From positions 1 through 64,000 of the forward strand of contig SDNP01000004.1 in NCBI GenBank assembly GCA_004524445.1: DNA of 64,000 bases. Direction: 5' to 3'. The stretch's first letter is position 1; the number at the start of each line of letters is the position of its first letter. The position numbers were made by a program, and so were the translations under genes. The DNA comes from Candidatus Thorarchaeota archaeon. GTDB taxonomy: Archaea; Asgardarchaeota; Thorarchaeia; Thorarchaeales; Thorarchaeaceae. The notes beneath the pieces were generated by a model. That model was not told the DNA's origin. It did no database searches and was given only the letters and a program-made list of their open reading frames with translations. Below, piece after piece: positions 8,967 through 16,977 of the stretch.

Positions 8967-11600
8967 ATGATTGTTGTTGAGGACAGGGATAACGGGGAGA
9001 TTATTAGGTTCTTTCTGGTGGATGCAAATGTCAACCTTGGATGTATTAAAGCAGGAAATCTAGAACAAGAATTCGGACCGGAAAGATTACTCAGATACTA
9101 TAATCATCTTGAAGATAGAATTTACGAATATGCAGCACGTTATCCCGATTCGTTTGCATATCTGCCAAGACAAGCTTACAGATACTTAATGCAACCAAAG
9201 GCTTTCAAAACAATCAGCACTGGTTCAATGGGCGAAACTGACCACATCTGGCTCGCAGACCAGTTTGTTGGGACAGCTTTATCAAGCGTGTCATCAAAAA
9301 GGCTCGATACAAAGCAGAGTATTGAAAACGCAAGAAAGGTGCAGAAGCTTGCCACGACCTCTAACTTTAGCATGAGACTATATGCGTTGAGCGACTTAGG
9401 ATTAGCATTATCAAAGGACGAACATTGGGGTTTGATCTCAGATGTCCATCTCCTAGAAAATCTGGATGATGCAGCACAAAAAATGCTGAAAAATGCTATT
9501 CGGATAAATCTGCCCATTTTTGTGCGTCTTCACAAGCAACAGGATATCACGAAGCTAGTTGCTTGGCTCATCTCAGTAAAAGAGAGAGGCTTAGAACCCC
9601 CAAAGGTCTTGTTGATACCTCATGTTCTCAAAAAATTCAATGATAATCTCCTACGATTACTAGATATTCCAAATACATGCTTAATCACTACAAATGCTTC
9701 GATATCCAATCTCTCGTCAGTCATATCGGGGCTAAAGAAGAATCATCCTCAGAATTGGGCTAAGAAACTGGCATTTGGAAGTGGCTATCCAGAAACACAA
9801 CGTGGAAACAGCCTCTCAGAAATAATCAGCTTCCTGCTCAGTAGGAACCTGGATTTAGATCACAGAGAACTGCAACTGATTCTTGGCGGCAATATGTTAC
9901 GTTTGCTTCCGGGAAGACCGCCTTTCTTGTCCTTCATTGAAACAAAATCGATGGTTCAAGCACGACAGCACTTGGGGAAAGTTGCCTCTGGAGAGATATC
10001 TAGAATCTTCCGCGTCATAAGACGAAAAGACATGCGGAGTTTCTGTTCGTGTGACTTCTTTCTTGAGGATGAAGGAGGAATAGTTGCGACCAACAAAGCC
10101 TTTCTCTCAGTCACAAAGCCAGGCGAAAAGATAGCAACAGGTATAGGATTGCTGACTGATCAGGAGGATGCCTTGGAGCTTCACGGATGGAACGAAGGAT
10201 TGTCACAATATGTAGATTCTCGAAATGCACAGGGATTCCTACAAACTATCGAGTCGTCGCTAGCCGCAAATACTAAGACTCTCACGGACATAAATGATTT
10301 GCAGGTTTTCACAGACAGAGTGCTTGAGTCACTGCGCATTGGTGCCGACGAAGATGTGGCATCATCGCTACACTTCATACTTGGAACTGGAGTTGAGGAG
10401 GGCATCAATGTGTCTTTGCACCCTCAAGATATGATAGCACTTGGTCTTGAAGAAGGTGACATCATCATAATTTTGGAGTCTAACTCAAGACGTTGGTGGG
10501 GAGCCAGAGCATGTCCCAACGAGCATTTGGACAAGCGACATCTTTCAACCTCAAGAAAGGTTGCAGAGATTCTCAACCTCAAGGAAGACTCAAGAGTAGA
10601 TGTGCTAAAATACGCGAGAGATGTATGTCATCCATCCGATGTGGTCGTGAAATATGATGCGCTTCCACAATCAGTCTCACCAATCCTTCCTTCCTTTTTT
10701 CATCTTCATGAATCGGCTATAGAAAATATCCTGGGCACTGTGTTTCTTGGAGAAGGTACCAATTACAAAGTAGTGATCGGAAATAGGAAAATAAATCTTG
10801 AATTGCAGAGCACGAAACCAGAAATGGAACCGGGCGATCTCTGTGATATAAAACACTCAGACATAAAATTCGTACCCAAATGCCTAATGGAAGAATTCAA
10901 TCTGATTATTTGTTTGGAAACTAGTGAGAGGATGGTAGTTAAGAATATTCCAATGAACGGCCCTGCTACAGTGAGAGCTCGTCTCAATGAGGGGAGGCTT
11001 CAGTCTGACGGTTTAAAAAAGCTGGAAGAGAGAATCCAAGAGCAAATCTCTATGGCAGACGCATCTATAGCTGCAATTCTGATTCTGTTAAATTCGATGG
11101 TTGAAAACAGAACGCTAGGTAGATTTTCGTTTCTTACATATGATAAGAAAATCCGGAAATTTACAATCCAGAAAGGACATGACTTAGACACATCTATCGG
11201 ATTCAAGACAGAATTTTCCGCGAAGGAAGTTAGGGACTCACTATTCTATTCTGTCATCGATTCCGCCCAAGAAATGATAGGAAGTTCTAACCCTGAACTG
11301 GTTCACAGAGCAGTTGCAGAGAGTTTAGAGGATTTTGGCTCTGACAGACCAACCTTAGTAATGGTCTTCGCATCGGAATGGAGCAAAGATGCAGAGGGAT
11401 CTCTGCCTTTTCTGAGGGCAATTTCGAAGAGTGAGAATTATCAAATAGATGTGTTTTTGCCAGAGCAAAATAAATTATCTAAGGGGCAATCAGGAAATAA
11501 TCTCAAGATATCATTCCATTCATTGGAGAGATTTTCACTTCATGAATTCGACAAGTATGTTCTAAAGACGGTGGATGAGCTACTGAAAAAAAGCACTTGA
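8967..11600 (+). CDS. Degenerate amidohydrolase + CDC48-N-like + degenerate vWA fusion protein
   Basis: Colinear similarity to both 7305-8804 and 5942-7231. HxH becomes NVN, FGTD becomes FGSG, DTSGS becomes ETSER. Confidence 0.75.
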   Translation: MIVVEDRDNGEIIRFFLVDANVNLGCIKAGNLEQEFGPERLLRYYNHLEDRIYEYAARYPDSFAYLPRQAYRYLMQPKAFKTISTGSMGETDHIWLADQFVGTALSSVSSKRLDTKQSIENARKVQKLATTSNFSMRLYALSDLGLALSKDEHWGLISDVHLLENLDDAAQKMLKNAIRINLPIFVRLHKQQDITKLVAWLISVKERGLEPPKVLLIPHVLKKFNDNLLRLLDIPNTCLITTNASISNLSSVISGLKKNHPQNWAKKLAFGSGYPETQRGNSLSEIISFLLSRNLDLDHRELQLILGGNMLRLLPGRPPFLSFIETKSMVQARQHLGKVASGEISRIFRVIRRKDMRSFCSCDFFLEDEGGIVATNKAFLSVTKPGEKIATGIGLLTDQEDALELHGWNEGLSQYVDSRNAQGFLQTIESSLAANTKTLTDINDLQVFTDRVLESLRIGADEDVASSLHFILGTGVEEGINVSLHPQDMIALGLEEGDIIIILESNSRRWWGARACPNEHLDKRHLSTSRKVAEILNLKEDSRVDVLKYARDVCHPSDVVVKYDALPQSVSPILPSFFHLHESAIENILGTVFLGEGTNYKVVIGNRKINLELQSTKPEMEPGDLCDIKHSDIKFVPKCLMEEFNLIICLETSERMVVKNIPMNGPATVRARLNEGRLQSDGLKKLEERIQEQISMADASIAAILILLNSMVENRTLGRFSFLTYDKKIRKFTIQKGHDLDTSIGFKTEFSAKEVRDSLFYSVIDSAQEMIGSSNPELVHRAVAESLEDFGSDRPTLVMVFASEWSKDAEGSLPFLRAISKSENYQIDVFLPEQNKLSKGQSGNNLKISFHSLERFSLHEFDKYVLKTVDELLKKST

Positions 11601-11626
11601 AAGGAAGGGGGTCCCTGCACCTATAG

Positions 11627-12742
11627 TTATTCAAAAATTCGCGTTCTGTGAATTTCCCTAGATATGACTCTTGTGCCATAGAGGACTTCAACCTTGACAG
11701 TTGCCTTACTGGGCTTGTGAATCATTGGTACTAGATTCACTTTGATTTCTCTTGTTGACCGCCGAGCAATTTCATGTCGTTCGTTTGCCATTTCACTGAC
11801 TCCATCTTCGGTCACAAGTGATGCTACAATCCTTATGGAAATAGTAGACACGCTGGGATTCTCAAGTTTCATAGAATATGTAAAACCCTTGCCCGCGACA
11901 AGTGCATCAGGAACGCGCCCCAATTCAACCCTTACGCCCAATTGCTCAGTATTCAATGGTCTACCCTTGGGCCAACGAGGAATTCGCTCTAGCTCCATTA
12001 GCCTAGAAATCGAAATCTTCAGTTCTCGAACAGATAAATCCAATTCCTTTGCTGCATGTCCTATATCGAAAACCCCGTCTTTTGTTTGGTAATATGCCAT
12101 TACCCGACGGTCAATCTCAATAAGGTCGCCCACCCCTTCCAGTATTTCCAAGATGGCAGCTGGTAACTCGTCTGCTTGATTCAATGAGTAGTATTTTCCA
12201 TCTTTGGAAGCTGAGGCAATAGCCTTGAATGAGGATTCTACGAGGGGGTTACAACCACATACAAAAACAAAGGCAGTTTCTCCATAGGATTTCTTGAATG
12301 CTCTTATCTCCTCCTTGGGATCATAATCGTTCGGGCAGCCTTTGGGGAAGTAATCATCTCCTAGAGAATTATAATCACGGCCGTGGGGCGGTGCATCTCC
12401 TACAAGCAATAGAGCTTTATAGGCATCACGCGACCAAGACAATTCAACACGTGCATCATGGATTGCATCCGCAACTGCCTCCGGGGTATCCCCACCTTTC
12501 GATGGGTCGAGCTTCGATATTGCCCTGTGAACTTTTTTGATATCTTCAGTAAAATCAAATATGCGGGTCACGTAGGTTTTATCTTGAGGGGGATGGTCCC
12601 TGTATGATACAATCGCAAATCTAATTGTTAGTTTCTCCGTTTCTGAAGCAATTGAATCAACAATATCAAACAGCGAATCTCTGACCGCATTTATGTCGTC
12701 CTTCATTGAACCGGTTGAATCCACTACAAAGGCAACTTCCAT
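11627..12742 (-). CDS. vWA domain protein with winged-helix and C-terminal Ig-like domain
   Basis: VAFVVDSTGSM, YRDHPPQD, GGDTPEAV, LVGDAPPHG; HTH-like FDIGHAAKELDLSVRELKISISRL; GGAG RBS before ATG at 12742. Confidence 0.85.
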   Translation of the reverse strand: MEVAFVVDSTGSMKDDINAVRDSLFDIVDSIASETEKLTIRFAIVSYRDHPPQDKTYVTRIFDFTEDIKKVHRAISKLDPSKGGDTPEAVADAIHDARVELSWSRDAYKALLLVGDAPPHGRDYNSLGDDYFPKGCPNDYDPKEEIRAFKKSYGETAFVFVCGCNPLVESSFKAIASASKDGKYYSLNQADELPAAILEILEGVGDLIEIDRRVMAYYQTKDGVFDIGHAAKELDLSVRELKISISRLMELERIPRWPKGRPLNTEQLGVRVELGRVPDALVAGKGFTYSMKLENPSVSTISIRIVASLVTEDGVSEMANERHEIARRSTREIKVNLVPMIHKPSKATVKVEVLYGTRVISREIHRTRIFE

Positions 12743-12872
12743 TTTGACTCCGCTTAATTCAATCCACTCCGAAGGTGTAGGTTGAGTCTTTACAATTAAG
12801 GATTTGGCGTAAGTAACTTCCAAAGAAGATTTTAGGGGCGAGCAACGGAGATAGCTAACAGTGGAACCCAAT

Positions 12873-13256
12873 ATGAGTGAGAGTGACGTCCCGATTGAAA
12901 TTTCATTTGAGAATGGTCTAGTACTGAACGCAACCATGGATAGGGTTCAAGCGCCCTTGATTGTTGAAGACATTAAATCTATGCTACCCTTCGAAGGAAA
13001 GGCAGTCCTAATGAGGGGGGAAATGAAAATAACACTCGGAATCAATCGAGGTAATGCAAAACCAACGAAAAATGTCAAAAAACGGGATATTGCATATATG
13101 CCTCTCGGAGATTCGATTTGCATATACTTGGAAGATATGAAGACGTTCAGTCCAGTGAATATCATTGGTAGCATTGTTTCCGATGAAGAAGATGTCAACA
13201 AGCTTAGAGAAGTTCGCCGAGGGAGTTCAGCCACACTTAGGGCTGCTGAAGTTTGA
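12873..13256 (+). CDS. Cyclophilin-like fold protein (DUF369/TM1367-like)
   Basis: LPFEGKA, DIAYMPLGDSICIY and SPVNIIG motifs. Confidence 0.75.
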   Translation: MSESDVPIEISFENGLVLNATMDRVQAPLIVEDIKSMLPFEGKAVLMRGEMKITLGINRGNAKPTKNVKKRDIAYMPLGDSICIYLEDMKTFSPVNIIGSIVSDEEDVNKLREVRRGSSATLRAAEV

Positions 13257-13272
13257 ATGAGTTGCAATTCAT

Positions 13273-13824
13273 TCAAAATTTCTGAATGTTTCGTAGAATA
13301 GCTTCGTTTCTATTCCTTTCAACTTCGGATGGGTCAACTATCATACCAGGTTCATATGTTTCAATCACAGTTTCGACTCCTGAGTCAGCAACTTTCTTGA
13401 AGCCTCTACCAGAGAGGGATCGAATTCGCAGTTGGCATGTATCGAATTCAGTTCTCCCTTTCGCAGTGACAGGCTTTGTATCCATCCGTAAGCGAGACTT
13501 AGTCCGCCGTAGGGTTTCTTTTGCCTCCGCAAGCTCAACTTGAATTTTTTTCCGAGACTCTCGTTCCTTTTCTAACTCAGCCTTGATAGTTTCGTAATCA
13601 GATTTCTTCACGAAATCTCTGGACTTGTCAATCCATGTTACGGTTGTCCCATTATATCGTCGGTCGGTGTCTACCCGGTCCATGGCCTTAAGAATTGCTA
13701 TCACATCGTAGACCCGCCTCTTTGCCACACCCAGCTGGTCTGCAATAATATCGCTTCGAATCCCGTCCTCTCCGTTTTCCTTCAGCAAATCAATAGATTT
13801 GCGAGCAAGCTCAACCAGTTTCAA
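13273..13824 (-). CDS. E2F/DP-like winged-helix transcription factor with coiled coil
   Basis: LVELARKSIDLLKENGEDGI...IADQLGVAKRRVYDVIAILKAM...VTW matches the E2F/DP DNA-binding domain pattern (RRxYD), followed by a heptad coiled coil. TTG start after GGGGTG. Confidence 0.75.
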   Translation of the reverse strand: MKLVELARKSIDLLKENGEDGIRSDIIADQLGVAKRRVYDVIAILKAMDRVDTDRRYNGTTVTWIDKSRDFVKKSDYETIKAELEKERESRKKIQVELAEAKETLRRTKSRLRMDTKPVTAKGRTEFDTCQLRIRSLSGRGFKKVADSGVETVIETYEPGMIVDPSEVERNRNEAILRNIQKF

Positions 13825-13924
13825 GAGTGCACCCCACGCAGTTCCGAATCTGACTTCCAACATACAAGAAGTCATCTAGATATTTCTATTGAGCCTGTAT
13901 TTAGGTGTTTGTGTTGTATGTGTC

Positions 13925-13977
13925 GATTTTTCGAAGGATGATTTGTTTTCGAAAAATCCACTTTCCGATTTATCGAA
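13925..13977. promoter_or_regulatory. Candidate operator: three copies of GATTTWTCGAA (11-bp inverted repeat plus a third copy)
   Basis: gatttttcgaa 13925-13935 (+), exact reverse complement 13948-13958, gatttatcgaa 13967-13977; in a divergent intergenic region. Confidence 0.5.
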
Positions 13978-14111
13978 AGGATTCTTTGTGGCTGTTTAGA
14001 AGTCTCTTTATCTTAAAGCTCACAGAGATAGCATACCGGCAATTTCTTAATGTGCCCTGGGGGTTTCAGTTCAGTTCTCGCAGATGCAAGCCGCTTGATG
14101 GTGAAATTACC

Positions 14112-15443
14112 ATGAGTAAAACTAAAGTTATCATAATGGGTGCTGCTGGTCGCGATTTTCATAACTTCAATGTCTTTTTCCGTGATAATGAAGACTACGA
14201 GGTAGTTGCATTTACAGCAGAACAAATTCCAGGAATAGGCGATAGAAAGTATCCCCCCGAATTATCTGGCAATCTTTATCCAAATGGGATTGAAATCTAT
14301 CCAGAAGAAAAACTCCCCGAGTTGGTCGAGAAGCATGGAGTGGAGCAATGCATCTTAGCATATTCAGATCTATCGTATGAGACCGTCGGGCATAAGATTG
14401 CCCATGTCAACTCGCTCGGAGCGGACATCCGACTCATGGGCACAAGCACAACCATGATTGATAGTAACAAACCACTGATAGCTGTGTGTGCAGTCAGAAC
14501 CGGGTGTGGAAAGAGTCAGACATCAAGAAGGGTCAACCAGATACTTGTGGATATGGGATTGAAGCCTGTCAACATCAGGCATCCTATGCCATACGACCCG
14601 GATTTGACAACTCAGATTTCTCAGAGATACGAGGAACTCTCTGATCTAGATAAGTACAATTGTACGATTGAAGAGAGGGAAGAGTACGAGCCCATGATCA
14701 ATATGGGGGTCATTCTCTACGCTGGAGTCGATTATGGAAAAATACTCACAGAGGCAGAAAAAGAGGCGGAAATAATTACATGGGACGGAGGCAATAATGA
14801 CTTCCCGTTCTATAAGCCAGATCTTCTGATTGTTTTGGCTGATCCCCATAGACCAGGTCATGAAATATCGTACTATCCGGGGGAAACAAATCTGAAACTC
14901 GCTGATGTGGTGATAATAAACAAAGTAGAAACTGCAGACTATGAGGATGTGGAACTTGTTCGCAATAATATCATGAACGTCAATCCTGATGCAATAATCA
15001 TTGATGCTGCATCACCGCTCATTATTGAGGACACCAGCAAGATTAGAGGGAAGAAAGTTCTTGTTGTGGAAGATGGTCCCACAGTCACTCACGGTGGAAT
15101 GCCATATGGGGCGGGATACATTGCCGCCAGAAAGGTTGGTGCAAAAATTGTTGATCCACGACCGTTTGCTGTGGGAAGCATAAAGGACACTTTCGAGAAA
15201 TTCCCGCATCTTGAAGATGTTCTACCAGCGATGGGCTATGGAAAGGAACAGATGGAGGAGCTCGAGGCAACGATTGACAAGGCTGATGTCGAAGCAGTTG
15301 TAATAGGGACGCCCATTGATTTGGCGAGTCTAATCAACATCAAGAAGCCTCATGCCAGGGTTCAGTATGAACTGCAAGAGATAGGCAAGCCCAACCTAGA
15401 AGATATTCTGAAGGAATTTGTTGAGAAACATAATTTGAAGTAA
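14112..15443 (+). CDS. Cyclic 2,3-diphosphoglycerate synthetase-like P-loop protein (COG2403 predicted GTPase)
   Basis: MGAAGRDFHNFN, AVRTGCGKSQT, RHPMPY, CTIEEREEYE, WDGGNNDFPF, VEDGPT motifs. Confidence 0.8.
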   Translation: MSKTKVIIMGAAGRDFHNFNVFFRDNEDYEVVAFTAEQIPGIGDRKYPPELSGNLYPNGIEIYPEEKLPELVEKHGVEQCILAYSDLSYETVGHKIAHVNSLGADIRLMGTSTTMIDSNKPLIAVCAVRTGCGKSQTSRRVNQILVDMGLKPVNIRHPMPYDPDLTTQISQRYEELSDLDKYNCTIEEREEYEPMINMGVILYAGVDYGKILTEAEKEAEIITWDGGNNDFPFYKPDLLIVLADPHRPGHEISYYPGETNLKLADVVIINKVETADYEDVELVRNNIMNVNPDAIIIDAASPLIIEDTSKIRGKKVLVVEDGPTVTHGGMPYGAGYIAARKVGAKIVDPRPFAVGSIKDTFEKFPHLEDVLPAMGYGKEQMEELEATIDKADVEAVVIGTPIDLASLINIKKPHARVQYELQEIGKPNLEDILKEFVEKHNLK

Positions 15444-15556
15444 TCATTCAGGGCAAATTCCTCTCAAATCGCATGCCGTCCATACAATCACTTGTACATC
15501 ACATCAGAGATTATTAGAGACAACGCGCCTCTGATGGTTAGAAAGGAGACAAAAAC

Positions 15557-15919
15557 ATGACCGAAGTTCCTTTGCCAGATGAATCATTTGGAGTTTCCAG
15601 AGATAGCAATCGACCCCTTGGAGTCACTCTGATTGCAATCCTTCAGATTCTACAAGCTATAGCTCTCATAGTATTCGGGATCCTTACACTGGTCGTCCCA
15701 TTCATAGGAATCCCCTTACTTGTGATAGGACTAATCTTATTCTATATTGGAAAGGGTTTGTGGGAAATGGAGAATTGGGCTTGGCTATGGGCGATTATTT
15801 TGAATATTATTGGTGGGCTGATTGCCATCGCGAGTAATAACTGGATTAGCCTAGTGCTCTCTGTTATCATCGTGATATATCTGAATACGGAAGATATCAA
15901 GTCGCGATTTGGAAGATAG
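15557..15919 (+). CDS. Small 4-TM membrane protein
   Basis: RPLGVTLIAIL...GLWEMENWAW pattern; hydrophobic. Confidence 0.7.
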   Translation: MTEVPLPDESFGVSRDSNRPLGVTLIAILQILQAIALIVFGILTLVVPFIGIPLLVIGLILFYIGKGLWEMENWAWLWAIILNIIGGLIAIASNNWISLVLSVIIVIYLNTEDIKSRFGR

Positions 15920-15936
15920 AACAAAAAGAAGAAAAT

Positions 15937-15954
15937 AGGGGTCATCGGACCCCT
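15937..15954 (-). terminator. Hairpin + pyrimidine/U tract terminator
   Basis: AGGGGTC-atcg-GACCCCT stem followed on the minus strand by a T-rich tract, between convergent genes. Confidence 0.55.
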
Positions 15955-15964
15955 TTGACTTATT

Positions 15965-16897
15965 TCACCACCATTCTTGGTCGGATTCGGTTGCTCTTGA
16001 TTTAAGATCCTTATAGAGCACTGCTTGAAAGACATAGTTCAAGGGTGATAACAATAATGCCGCAATCGCTGTAATAATCAGCGTTACCAAATATCCTCCA
16101 GCGAATGCAAAACTAAGTGCTATCAGACCAATAACGAAAGACACAACAGCTATGGCTATGCCTAAGAGAATCTGACCTCCAAATATGTGCCAGAAATTGC
16201 CACTTGTTATCTCCCAAGCTCGCTTTACCGAGTCCATTGCTGAAAGGTCCTCAGCAATCACAACAGCCAATGTCGGAGCAAGTCGAATGGATACATACAA
16301 TATGACAACGATAGCCACTATTACCGCAACAATCCCGATTAAAGCTAGGTCGATATACCCAGTGACGAAGGAAAACACCAGGATAAGGGCCGGGACCGCG
16401 ATGATAGCACCAGTAATCAAACCGACTATCAGCTGTGCCAGTATAAGCGTTACAGCACGCCCAGTGGCAAATGAGAAACTCTCACTTATATCTGCACTCT
16501 TTGTTCCATAATCATCCAAGGCATATTTCACTGCTGCGCCCGCTATGATGGCATAAATCAGCAGACTTAGTATAAATATCACGATGGACACAGGAACGAA
16601 CAAAGCTATATCCCCAGGTGTAACATAAGGGTCAGTGAGTATACTTATGATTCCAAGCAGGAATGATGTTGGATCAGACCCGAAGTAATCAGTAAAGTCG
16701 ACTCCCAGAATAAATATTGACACAAAGGATTGTGCTATTGCCCACACGAATGACACTATGCCTACAATAACAACGTAGGCAAGTATATTTCTGAACCACA
16801 ATTTGAAAGTTCTGGATACCAAGCCAGTGGCACTAACTGAATAGTCTCGTTCAGCAGGTTGAGTTGGCTCAGGTCCAGGACCTGAATCTATCTCCAT
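15965..16897 (-). CDS. Integral membrane protein (GDPD-membrane-domain-like)
   Basis: About 6 TM; VVIAEDLSAMDSVKRAWEITSGNFWHIFG and AVLYKDLK motifs. Confidence 0.7.
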   Translation of the reverse strand: MEIDSGPGPEPTQPAERDYSVSATGLVSRTFKLWFRNILAYVVIVGIVSFVWAIAQSFVSIFILGVDFTDYFGSDPTSFLLGIISILTDPYVTPGDIALFVPVSIVIFILSLLIYAIIAGAAVKYALDDYGTKSADISESFSFATGRAVTLILAQLIVGLITGAIIAVPALILVFSFVTGYIDLALIGIVAVIVAIVVILYVSIRLAPTLAVVIAEDLSAMDSVKRAWEITSGNFWHIFGGQILLGIAIAVVSFVIGLIALSFAFAGGYLVTLIITAIAALLLSPLNYVFQAVLYKDLKSRATESDQEWW

Positions 16898-16977
16898 TTA
16901 GGTTCCTCCATCTCAAGAAGCGCCCAATCCGCTTATAATTCCTATGGAGGAATTATAGGTAAGGCGCTGATAACAGA

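Noticed and set aside
8967-11600. Interpretation of the fusion gene as a pseudogene
   Set aside because: It is an uninterrupted 877-codon ORF, highly diverged from its paralogs yet free of stops, which implies selection.
12743-12937. Long N-terminal extensions called by the ORF track (also 13905, 29777, 32899, 53394, 7381, 20282)
   Set aside because: They overlap neighbouring genes or promoters; downstream starts with an RBS fit the domain boundaries better.
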